This document shows, in pieces, positions 56,740-64,000 of a DNA stretch of 64,000 nucleotides; positions within the stretch are counted from its first letter, which is position 1, and every line of letters begins with the position of its first letter. A program made the translations under genes and the position numbers. The stretch is from positions 1-64,000 of IMG/VR virus record IMGVR_UViG_3300042673_001035, one strand, 5' to 3'. Under the pieces are notes generated by a model. That model saw only the letters and a program-made list of their open reading frames with translations. It was not told where the DNA came from and ran no database searches. The stretch is from a virus.

Positions 56740-56972
56740 TTCTTAATCTCTTTATCTATTGAAAAATTTGTTTCTTCTTTGTTCGTATATTGCACAATTA
56801 GTTTTTGTGGTTTCTTACGACAAAGATAAGTTTGTTTTTTCGATTTTAGTTTTTTAATTTTCCCTAATACAAATGCAAACCAAACTTTATCCGATTGGTG
56901 AACTTCAGGTAATACCTTCTCCCACACTTTTAATTGGTGGTTGATAAGGTGTAATGTTAAATGCTTACTCAT
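56703..56972 (-). CDS. Hypothetical protein
   Basis: 89 aa. Confidence 0.5.
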   Translation of the reverse strand: MSKHLTLHLINHQLKVWEKVLPEVHQSDKVWFAFVLGKIKKLKSKKQTYLCRKKPQKLIVQYTNKEETNFSIDKEIKKWYERNETIETM

Positions 56973-56989
56973 ATTCTATTTTATTTATT

Positions 56990-57382
56990 TTATTTTACTA
57001 TTGTACCATACCCACCTGAATTTGTGTTAGTTCTAAACCAACTCCAATCTTCATCACTATAAAACCTATCCCAATTCTCACCTTTCTCCAATCCCTTACG
57101 ACCATTGTATTTGATTACTTTGATATCTTTTAAATTCTTTCTAATCGTTGAATAGTATCCGTTTACTTTCACTTCATGCAATCTACCATCTTCTTTTAAC
57201 ATTAAACTAATGATTGTAGTCCATGCTGGTTTATTCATTAACTCCATTGCATTGTATAAATGTTTATATACTTTTGCAATCATTCTTTTGTTAATACTAT
57301 CATATCCTACTTTTGACTCCCATATTTCGTTTGGTGTATCAATTGGACTTTGTAAATGTGTTGGTGTTATATTCTTATTCAT
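56990..57382 (-). CDS. Hypothetical protein
   Basis: 130 aa. Confidence 0.55.
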   Translation of the reverse strand: MNKNITPTHLQSPIDTPNEIWESKVGYDSINKRMIAKVYKHLYNAMELMNKPAWTTIISLMLKEDGRLHEVKVNGYYSTIRKNLKDIKVIKYNGRKGLEKGENWDRFYSDEDWSWFRTNTNSGGYGTIVK

Positions 57383-57383
57383 A

Positions 57384-57650
57384 TTATTGTATTATTTTAA
57401 TTGGTAATTTAATATTTTCTATTCTTTTGATTTCAGTAAACACATCAACGATATTCATTTTTGTATCGGTATGTTTTTTAACGAACTCACTCGCGTCCTT
57501 TCTATTACTGAAAAACTTTTTGATACCTTTAGGACCTGTTACTTTATATACTTCAAATTCAGCAGGTTTAAAGTTCTCACTTTTCATTCTCAATACTCTT
57601 TTGACTTTCTTTATAGAGTAGTTACTCTTTACATTTTCTTTACTTTTCAT
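57384..57650 (-). CDS. Hypothetical protein
   Basis: 88 aa. Confidence 0.5.
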   Translation of the reverse strand: MKSKENVKSNYSIKKVKRVLRMKSENFKPAEFEVYKVTGPKGIKKFFSNRKDASEFVKKHTDTKMNIVDVFTEIKRIENIKLPIKIIQ

Positions 57651-57689
57651 ACTTTACTTTTTTAATGATTAAACAAAAATAGTGTTAGA

Positions 57690-58064
57690 TTAACCTAACA
57701 CTATATCAATAGCTCGTTTTGACAAACCTAAAGTTTGTTTCAACTCTTTACGACATTGACTAACAAACTTCTTTTCTACTTTACCCAATTTGATAGGATA
57801 AGATGAAATAATTTGTGAAATAGTCAAAGACTCTTTTTTCAACTCAGCGAAAAACTTCATCTGTTTTTTCACTTCGGTATTATTTTTACACACTACCTTA
57901 TGTGTACGACCCATAAAGTCTTTAAACTCAACAATACTATTCGGTTTTGTAGGTATGTTAAACTTACTAGCCGAAAAATTACGATATTGAGGTTTTTCGT
58001 TACGAGACGTATTATACGCGACTTCCGTATAAAAGTTAAATTCATTTGTCATTCTATTATTCAT
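57690..58064 (-). CDS. Hypothetical protein, first gene after the large non-coding region
   Basis: 124 aa; promoter TTG...TCGTATCTTTA at 58111-58142. Confidence 0.55.
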   Translation of the reverse strand: MNNRMTNEFNFYTEVAYNTSRNEKPQYRNFSASKFNIPTKPNSIVEFKDFMGRTHKVVCKNNTEVKKQMKFFAELKKESLTISQIISSYPIKLGKVEKKFVSQCRKELKQTLGLSKRAIDIVLG

Positions 58065-58272
58065 ATTACAATTTTTTATATGTGATAGGTCATTCTCTCA
58101 ACCCAATACATAAAGATACGACTATTTAAGGTCCTGGCAATGGACTTTTGAAACTATTTTGAAAAGTTTTTATGGGCAATCAACCAGTTGCACATATATT
58201 TTTTTACTATGTGTAAGTCATTAAGAATCAATCTGTTATAACTCATTGAAAATCAACCAGTTACGGGCCGGG

Positions 58273-58300
58273 ATTTAACATAATATCAGTTATATGTCTT
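58273..58300 (-). other. dif-like XerCD site 1
   Basis: AAGACATATAA-CTGATA-TTATGTTAAAT; right arm identical to the E. coli dif XerD arm. Confidence 0.65.
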
Positions 58301-58336
58301 TTTGAGCATAACTCATTGATACTGAATAAGTTACTC

Positions 58337-58364
58337 ATTTAACATAATATCTTATATAAGAACA
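58337..58364 (-). other. dif-like XerCD site 2
   Basis: TGTTCTTATAT-AAGATA-TTATGTTAAAT. Confidence 0.55.
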
Positions 58365-58875
58365 CTCTAATGCGTTGAAAATCAGTCAGTTATACCAACA
58401 TATTGATTATCAACGAGTTGCACAGGTCAACCTTTAACTTTACTTTTCCGGGATTCGGTAAAGGGATTACTTTACTTTTTTAAATATATTTGACTAATAT
58501 CAGCAGGACCCGTGCAACCCTTGCCCACATTGAGTTTCAGAGGACGACTAAAATAAATTCACTTTACTAAACCCGTGCAATCCACTGCCAGTAAGGGTTT
58601 GACAGAATATTTTTCTACCAGGTCCGTGCTACAACAGAATATTTTTCGGTGTATTATTTCGTATGGAGAAAAAATCCGTTTCAATGTGTGAATGTGCAGG
58701 ATATATTGACTTTGTTTGATATACTTTTATTGATATGTTCGTTTATGTAGTGTGTAAGTATGTAAGTATTTTATTTTGATACATAAAAACTTTTGACACT
58801 CTTTAACACAATTTACCACTTTCACCCACAAATTAACACTGAATTATTTATTTTGATATACCATTGATTGATATA

Positions 58876-59010
58876 CTAACTAAATAAATGTTTGTATTGT
58901 TTAAATATCTTTGAGGCTTTCTTTTTTCGTTTCACACCTACTATCTTTTTATCTTTAATTTGTACTATCTTGCCTGCTCGTATAGTTTCATTCTCTTTTA
59001 ATAATATCAT
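58876..59010 (-). CDS. 44-aa basic peptide (not in track)
   Basis: MILLKENETIRAGKIVQIKDKKIVGVKRKKKASKIFKQYKHLFS. Confidence 0.45.
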   Translation of the reverse strand: MILLKENETIRAGKIVQIKDKKIVGVKRKKKASKIFKQYKHLFS

Positions 59011-59017
59011 ATCTTAT

Positions 59018-59179
59018 TTACTTTCTCATTGTTATACTTCTAAAGTTACTTGCATCCTTTGTAAGTTCTCTTAACTCCTTCACTTCATATAGTACACATA
59101 CCATACCTATTATCGCAATACACATTAATATAAACGATATTCCCTCTAATATATCTTTTGTTTTTAGTTCGTTACTCAT
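59018..59179 (-). CDS. Small single-TM protein (start revised to 59179)
   Basis: MSNELKTKDILEGISFILMCIAIIGMVCVLYEV...; ATG lies 1 nt after the previous stop. Confidence 0.55.
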   Translation of the reverse strand: MSNELKTKDILEGISFILMCIAIIGMVCVLYEVKELRELTKDASNFRSITMRK

Positions 59180-59180
59180 A

Positions 59181-59360
59181 CTATTTTGTTTTTGTTTTAA
59201 TTCTACTCCAACTCTCAATGATTAGTTCCCCTATAATCAATAATGCAAAGTAATCCTTTACAACAGGTACCTTATTCCAATCCTTTAATATAACTTGCCA
59301 AAAGATACTTACAATCAATATCAATTCAATTAGAACTATCCACTTATTAATTCCTTTCAT
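59181..59360 (-). CDS. 59-aa membrane protein (not in track)
   Basis: MKGINKWIVLIELILIVSIFWQVIL... Confidence 0.5.
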   Translation of the reverse strand: MKGINKWIVLIELILIVSIFWQVILKDWNKVPVVKDYFALLIIGELIIESWSRIKTKTK

Positions 59361-59366
59361 ATTATC

Positions 59367-59540
59367 TTATTGTTGCTCTATGTCTCTAAATCGTTTCAGT
59401 AATTGATTCTCTCGCTTATTGTAGTATTCCTCTAATCTTTCCTCTAATTCCTTTATTCTTTTCTTATCCTTTATATAGTTCTTATGTTGGTTATACATTA
59501 CTATTACACTTACTATCATTACTACTATTATTCCTATCAT
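59367..59540 (-). CDS. 57-aa membrane-anchored coiled-coil peptide (not in track)
   Basis: MIGIIVVMIVSVIVMYNQHKNYIKDKKRIKELEERLEE... Confidence 0.55.
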   Translation of the reverse strand: MIGIIVVMIVSVIVMYNQHKNYIKDKKRIKELEERLEEYYNKRENQLLKRFRDIEQQ

Positions 59541-59546
59541 ATTGTT

Positions 59547-59642
59547 TTATTTATTTCTTTTATTCTTTATATACACTCTTAACCATATCAGGTATACTAT
59601 CATTATACTGACTACATATAGTATTGTTTGTCTTATATACAT
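59547..59642 (-). CDS. 31-aa membrane peptide (not in track)
   Basis: MYIRQTILYVVSIMIVYLIWLRVYIKNKRNK. Confidence 0.45.
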   Translation of the reverse strand: MYIRQTILYVVSIMIVYLIWLRVYIKNKRNK

Positions 59643-59685
59643 TATTCTTAGCTGAATTTATTTTATCTCATTTTTCAAATTTGAA

Positions 59686-59907
59686 TTAGTTTATTATACA
59701 CTTACTACCTTCCCAAATAATTGTATCACTTTCACACGTTATGTGCCACTTATACCCTACTCCTTCAATCCAATCTTTTGTAGTCCTTAACTTTACATTG
59801 ACTTCTACTTCACTTGCGAGATACTCTACTTCATTAATCAGGACTCGCCAATGTAGTGTGTCAGTTTCTAAAGCTTTTGTATTATATCTTATATTTACTT
59901 TATTCAC
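59686..59907 (-). CDS. Hypothetical protein
   Basis: IRYNT...WRVLI...KWHITC. Confidence 0.6.
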   Translation of the reverse strand: MNKVNIRYNTKALETDTLHWRVLINEVEYLASEVEVNVKLRTTKDWIEGVGYKWHITCESDTIIWEGSKCIIN

Positions 59908-60049
59908 TATCTTTATTTATTGTTTCATTTGTCGCAAATAGAATAAATAAACAACCTAATCCTACTTCACCCATTAACATATACATTCCACCCAAAAAGA
60001 ATGCAGTCGGTGCGCATACTACATTCCAAATCCTTTTAATCTTTTCCAT
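59900..60049 (-). CDS. 49-aa membrane protein (not in track)
   Basis: MEKIKRIWNVVCAPTAFFLGGMYMLMGEVGLGCLFILFATNETINKDSE. Confidence 0.5.
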   Translation of the reverse strand: MEKIKRIWNVVCAPTAFFLGGMYMLMGEVGLGCLFILFATNETINKDSE

Positions 60050-60104
60050 TTTACTATTGTTTTATTTGTTATTACTATCTTATTACTGTTTTTGACTTTG
60101 CATG

Positions 60105-60151
60105 ACTATCAAAAAAATTTCCTTAAACGACTCACCCCCAACCCCCGCCCC
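60105..60151 (-). repeat. G-tract element copy 2 (inverted relative to copy 1)
   Basis: GGGGCGGGGGTTGGGGGTGAGTCGTTTAAGGAAATTTTTTTGATAGT. Confidence 0.75.
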
Positions 60152-60177
60152 TTCGGTTCGTGGATCGTGGTTTCGTA

Positions 60178-60483
60178 TTAACCTAATGCAACTAATCTTA
60201 ATTTATCAATGAATATATCCATATTACGAATATCTAATAGGGTTATATAAAGTACATGTCCTGTACTACTTTGTAATTTGTATGTATTGGTATTCCATTC
60301 ATTCCTATTCAATGTAACTGTTATTGCGTATTTCATGTTAGATAATTCAAATTTGTATTGATATTCACTTTTACTATATGTAATATTATCAATACTAAAT
60401 TGTTCCTCAATTCTTGCAACATAAAAGTTTTTCTTACCCAATCCTTTATTGTTTAGTTTATTTAAGTTCTTAATCGTTAACAT
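60178..60483 (-). CDS. Hypothetical protein (paralog-like of 62745-63092)
   Basis: Both start M(S)LTIxN..KL and share F...I/V.E...Y.F...I...RN. Confidence 0.55.
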   Translation of the reverse strand: MLTIKNLNKLNNKGLGKKNFYVARIEEQFSIDNITYSKSEYQYKFELSNMKYAITVTLNRNEWNTNTYKLQSSTGHVLYITLLDIRNMDIFIDKLRLVALG

Positions 60484-60486
60484 ATA

Positions 60487-60705
60487 CTATCCTTTTATTT
60501 CAAATTCTTTATTGTAGATATTGTTTTCTTTTATCCATTCTATCGCATAGTTTATACCTATTCCCTTTTGATACATTCCTGCATCTTCTATCTTACTACC
60601 CTTATCCATCAATTCATCTGCCAATCCTTGTAATTGATTTAATTCCTTTCTTTCAATTGTTATAAATTGTTTAAAGTCTCCTATTAATTGATTTGTCTTG
60701 TCCAT
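60487..60705 (-). CDS. Hypothetical protein
   Basis: 72 aa. Confidence 0.5.
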   Translation of the reverse strand: MDKTNQLIGDFKQFITIERKELNQLQGLADELMDKGSKIEDAGMYQKGIGINYAIEWIKENNIYNKEFEIKG

Positions 60706-61208
60706 AATCCGTTTATTAATTTATAATGTTTAATTCTATCTATTCCGATTGAGTAAGGTATTGTTATAAATGTTCGCTCACTTTCAATACTCCATTCTTT
60801 TTTTAAACTATTAGCAGTATATTGATTGTTGATATATTCTTTTATTAGTTTATAATCATACCAAAGTAATTCATCTAAGTTATTATTGAGAAATTGTATA
60901 TAGTCTACATACCAACCTTTATACTTGTTTGTCCATACTGAATTATCAGTAGCTGTATATGTGTCCGAATTATTCCAATACTTTTGTTTTCTTACGGGTA
61001 TTCTAAAATGATTATATTGTTTAATCCTATCCATTCCGTAACTAATCATCTCAACATCACATCCTCTTTTAAATTTGTTCACCTCTAAGTCTAAATCCCA
61101 TTTGCCACCTATTTGAATGTCGTACCAATTATTTTCCTCTAAAAATTGTTTTGCAACTTCCCTATCTTTTGTATCGTCGTGAGAAAGTGCATCCTTTCTA
61201 TTTACCAT
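60684..61208 (-). CDS. Hypothetical protein, possibly PD-(D/E)XK-fold
   Basis: WDLDL...CDVEM and RKQKY; weak. Confidence 0.4.
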   Translation of the reverse strand: MVNRKDALSHDDTKDREVAKQFLEENNWYDIQIGGKWDLDLEVNKFKRGCDVEMISYGMDRIKQYNHFRIPVRKQKYWNNSDTYTATDNSVWTNKYKGWYVDYIQFLNNNLDELLWYDYKLIKEYINNQYTANSLKKEWSIESERTFITIPYSIGIDRIKHYKLINGLWTRQIN

Positions 61209-61214
61209 TTCGTT

Positions 61215-61757
61215 TTATATTAATTTTCTTTTTGCTTTGTTTCTATTCCTCAATCTATTTGTGTTATCCAATAGGTGTTCATACCTTGTATTCATTATAC
61301 CTATGTAATCCTTTATTCTTTGTATGTCCTCTTTTGTATTATATATCCTTTCGTATGTAACTTGTAAGTCAATTTCTTTTATTCCATTAATTAGTTCGTT
61401 ACGATTATAAATCACATTTTCAAATTGTTTTATATATATTTCGTTTTCTATTATCCATTCATCACTTACTTCATATCCATTACGCCATTCCTTTCGTTGT
61501 GATGCTCTGGTTTGAGATATTGCACATTCCCTTGCATCCGTTCTAGTCAATCCAATTATCTTGTCCCAATTACTGAAATCAATATCTTTTATATTTTCTA
61601 TTTCATTTATCAAATATTTCACTACGATATTATCACCTTCAATAGATTCATTTGTTCGTATTGGTTCGTGTATCATTTTATATCCCAACTCCAATGCTAA
61701 CCATTCATTCAATTGATACCCACCACTTCTCGCCAATGCTATAATTAATATTCTCAT
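61215..61757 (-). CDS. Sulfotransferase/P-loop-like protein
   Basis: IIALARSGG, HEP, LTR...AIS, VTYE. Confidence 0.7.
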   Translation of the reverse strand: MRILIIALARSGGYQLNEWLALELGYKMIHEPIRTNESIEGDNIVVKYLINEIENIKDIDFSNWDKIIGLTRTDARECAISQTRASQRKEWRNGYEVSDEWIIENEIYIKQFENVIYNRNELINGIKEIDLQVTYERIYNTKEDIQRIKDYIGIMNTRYEHLLDNTNRLRNRNKAKRKLI

Positions 61758-61766
61758 ACTATTATT

Positions 61767-62018
61767 TTATTTGTCCATTTCGTTTTCAAAAGCTTTCATC
61801 GCTCTTTTTACATTATCCATTTCGGGTATATCTAACTTTTCACCCAATGAAACGAATCCTATTGTTAATATTGCAAATACAATACCAATACTAAATTCAA
61901 CCGCTCGTTCACTATACAATGTGTCATTTTTTGCAGTCACTCCGTTATGTGTGGTTATTTGCAACCCTAATAGTGTTTCTCTTTTACTTAAAAAGCTAAA
62001 TCCTAATTCTATTTTCAT
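61767..62018 (-). CDS. Hypothetical protein
   Basis: 83 aa with one hydrophobic segment. Confidence 0.55.
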   Translation of the reverse strand: MKIELGFSFLSKRETLLGLQITTHNGVTAKNDTLYSERAVEFSIGIVFAILTIGFVSLGEKLDIPEMDNVKRAMKAFENEMDK

Positions 62019-62029
62019 ATTATATTGTT

Positions 62030-62677
62030 TTATATTATTTCTTTGTTTTTAATTCTGTTATATTTTGCTTCTAATACTTGGGATAATTTTAATTGTCCTT
62101 GTTCACTAAAATGTTTATTATCTATTTCACCATTGGTTTCATTTTTGATTATTTCAAACTCATTTAAACAATCTGCTTCTAAAGTATTTTTAAATGCTGT
62201 CCAATGTATCACATAGTTATTCTTTAATGTATGGTTTATTAAATTTATCCAATTATTAACCTCACTGTCATATTTTTTATTACTTCTATTTGCTAATAGT
62301 TTCTTTATACTATCCCTATCCATATATTCCGCATCCCTTAACATTCCATTATCATTGGGTAAATAGTTTATCCACTCTCCATTCTTATCGGTTAATCTAA
62401 ATCTAGCACTATTTGACCAACCAAATATAATTAAGTCATCTTTTTTAATTTCTTTTACAACTTTGCAAAAAGATTCAAATATAGAATAGTTATCCCAACC
62501 ACCTACACCATAATTCATTAACTTCATACCCAATCGTTCCGATAATAGTTCACCATATACTTTTGGTACATATCCTTTCCAATTTATATAATGGTGTCTC
62601 CAATGAATTACTTTACAATCTTTATTTGGTAAAAAACTTTCAGTAAAACTATCACCAAATGTCCACAATTTTAACAT
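62030..62677 (-). CDS. SGNH/GDSL-like protein (paralog of 49911-50558)
   Basis: FGDSFT, YINWKGYVPK, FGWS..RFRL, ETNGEIDNKHFSEQG. Confidence 0.65.
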   Translation of the reverse strand: MLKLWTFGDSFTESFLPNKDCKVIHWRHHYINWKGYVPKVYGELLSERLGMKLMNYGVGGWDNYSIFESFCKVVKEIKKDDLIIFGWSNSARFRLTDKNGEWINYLPNDNGMLRDAEYMDRDSIKKLLANRSNKKYDSEVNNWINLINHTLKNNYVIHWTAFKNTLEADCLNEFEIIKNETNGEIDNKHFSEQGQLKLSQVLEAKYNRIKNKEII

Positions 62678-62744
62678 ATTATTTTATTTATACTATCAAA
62701 AAAATTTTCACAATTCGAATGGTACTCAACCCTATCCTTTTTTA

Positions 62745-63092
62745 TTAAGATGGAAAATAGTTTATATTGTTATTCATTTGCGTTTGTGCTTTTGGTTTAC
62801 ATTTTACTATCAATGCTTCAAATATTAATGCGGTAAGTTCAAATGATTTTAATTTTCTACCTACAATCCATTCTCTGCCGTATTGTGTTATATCTGCACC
62901 ATCCCTTAATACTATTTCATATTCTTTTGTCGTAGTTCCGTTTCTAAATATTTTTATTGTGTATGGCATAGAATTATATGCAACTTTAAAACTATATTCC
63001 GTTTCGGTTTCTCTTACTTCACCTATTCTAAAGTCTTTGTAGTCATGTGACCAACCTTCTAACTTTTTATAGTTATTTATTGTCAAACTCAT
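62745..63092 (-). CDS. Hypothetical protein
   Basis: 115 aa. Confidence 0.55.
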   Translation of the reverse strand: MSLTINNYKKLEGWSHDYKDFRIGEVRETETEYSFKVAYNSMPYTIKIFRNGTTTKEYEIVLRDGADITQYGREWIVGRKLKSFELTALIFEALIVKCKPKAQTQMNNNINYFPS

Positions 63093-63223
63093 ACACTAAA
63101 TAGTTTTGTTCTTTGTGTGTTTCAACTCTTGTAGGTTTTTGTTTTAGTAAACTATCTACTGACAATTCAATTTCATTTTTAACAATCATTTCAATTGTCC
63201 TTTGCATGTATATTATTTTCACA

Positions 63224-63793
63224 CTATCCTTTTAAATCGTTTCTAATATCTTGTTTTACTTTTTCCAAATATACCATTCTTTCATTATGTGAAACAAAGG
63301 GTACACTCCAAAATTGACGGGTTTTTGTTTTAAACCAACCGAATACAAATGAATATACACCCATAACCAACCTCAATTTAACTGAATTAAAATACATTGT
63401 TAATACAGGTAATGCAGGTGCTCCATGTGTCAAATAAGTTCTAACTTTTTTATCACTCAATAAAGGTGTCGGATATCCATACACTTTTGTAACGGGTGTA
63501 AACTTATATGCAAATCCTGGTGTAAATATTTGGTCAAAGAATGCCTCCATTGCCGGCGTACATCTAAACCACCAAACGGGAGATATAAAGTAAATTCTAT
63601 CTGACCATGTTATCAACTCTTTATATTTTTTTATTTTATCCTTTCCAAAATCAAATGTTATATTTTCTTTGTATAAATCAATAACACATGTTTCCTCTTT
63701 ATTTTCTTTTAAAAAGCTTTCAATAGTTTTTTTAATACCATTGTAGCAGAAACTCTTTTTATCAGGGTGTCCTATTATAATTAAGTTTTTCAT
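63224..63793 (-). CDS. NAD(P)H-dependent oxidoreductase, flavodoxin-like fold
   Basis: GHPDKKSF; SPVWWFRCTPAMEAFFDQIFTPGFAY. Confidence 0.88.
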   Translation of the reverse strand: MKNLIIIGHPDKKSFCYNGIKKTIESFLKENKEETCVIDLYKENITFDFGKDKIKKYKELITWSDRIYFISPVWWFRCTPAMEAFFDQIFTPGFAYKFTPVTKVYGYPTPLLSDKKVRTYLTHGAPALPVLTMYFNSVKLRLVMGVYSFVFGWFKTKTRQFWSVPFVSHNERMVYLEKVKQDIRNDLKG

Positions 63794-63794
63794 T

Positions 63795-64000
63795 TTATAT
63801 AAATTTTAATATTGCTAAATCTTTTTGTTTTGCTTCAACCATTATGTCCACGTCGTTATTATATGTTTCAGGTAATTTTTGAATGTAATCACTATGAGCT
63901 TGTGGTTTTACTTTTATATTGTTTTCGTGTAATGCTTTTGATTCGGAATAGTGTACTGCGGGTGTTATACCTTTGGGCCATGTTGTAATTGCTAGGTCTA
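63795..64000 (-). CDS. uvsE: UV damage endonuclease, C-terminal part (runs off window end)
   Basis: Manual translation: TTWPKGITPAVHYSES...QAHSDYI...DIMVEAKQKDLAI. Confidence 0.85.
   Translation of the reverse strand, partial: DLAITTWPKGITPAVHYSESKALHENNIKVKPQAHSDYIQKLPETYNNDVDIMVEAKQKDLAILKFI

Larger units (their letters stand above)
58178..58421. repeat. Array of ~27-bp imperfect palindromes TAACTnnTTGAnnnTCAAnnAGTTA
   Basis: Copies near 58213, 58238, 58308, 58367, 58395, plus a half copy near 58178. Confidence 0.75.

Noticed and set aside
58178-58650. CRISPR array
   Set aside because: Repeats are degenerate, abutting or irregularly spaced, with no uniform unique spacers and no cas genes in the window.
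3375-63042. Dozens of plus-strand ORFs in the track (e.g. 9695-10348, 33681-34208)
   Set aside because: They are antisense shadows of well-supported minus-strand genes with no recognisable motifs. Only 12628-12813 has independent support.
1-64000. Stop-codon reassignment as seen in some large phages
   Set aside because: Genes are full length and densely packed under code 11, and TAA, TAG and TGA all end genes at sensible positions.
1-64000. Eukaryotic giant virus or cellular origin, suggested by B4GALT7-like genes
   Set aside because: gp25, gp6-like and gp5-like baseplate genes, an S74 tail fibre, a gp55-like sigma and bacterial promoters and terminators indicate a tailed bacteriophage.

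Overview
This AT-rich 64-kb window is part of a large (jumbo-type) myovirus-like bacteriophage genome. Nearly all genes are on the minus strand and use the standard genetic code. Promoter motifs and a lipoprotein point to a Bacteroidota host (inference). Left to right it holds: a glycosylation/tailoring cassette (radical SAM, two B4GALT7-like GT7 enzymes with an inserted LamG-like domain, GT2, methyltransferase, SGNH-like, GT-B enzymes); a tail fibre with an S74 chaperone; a fused Mre11-Rad50, primase and T7-endo-I-like resolvase; a baseplate/tail module; carbamoyltransferase, gp55-like sigma factor, peptide deformylase, Hsp20 and HD protein; a second tailoring island (41.5-51.4 kb); small hypothetical genes; an atypical tRNA-Gly; a repeat-rich non-coding region with two dif-like sites; and a partial uvsE. 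The strongest candidate new system is the 41.5-51.4 kb island. It centres on a circularly permuted ATP-grasp / Hint / six-Cys peptide polyprotein surrounded by radical SAM, 2OG-Fe(II), sulfotransferase-like and SGNH-like enzymes. Sixteen accessory proteins across the window, nearly all predicted enzymes, end in the same [LI][LIM]-COOH tail (usually after a Lys-rich stretch), which is almost absent from other genes. All calls come from reading motifs by eye; no searches were run.
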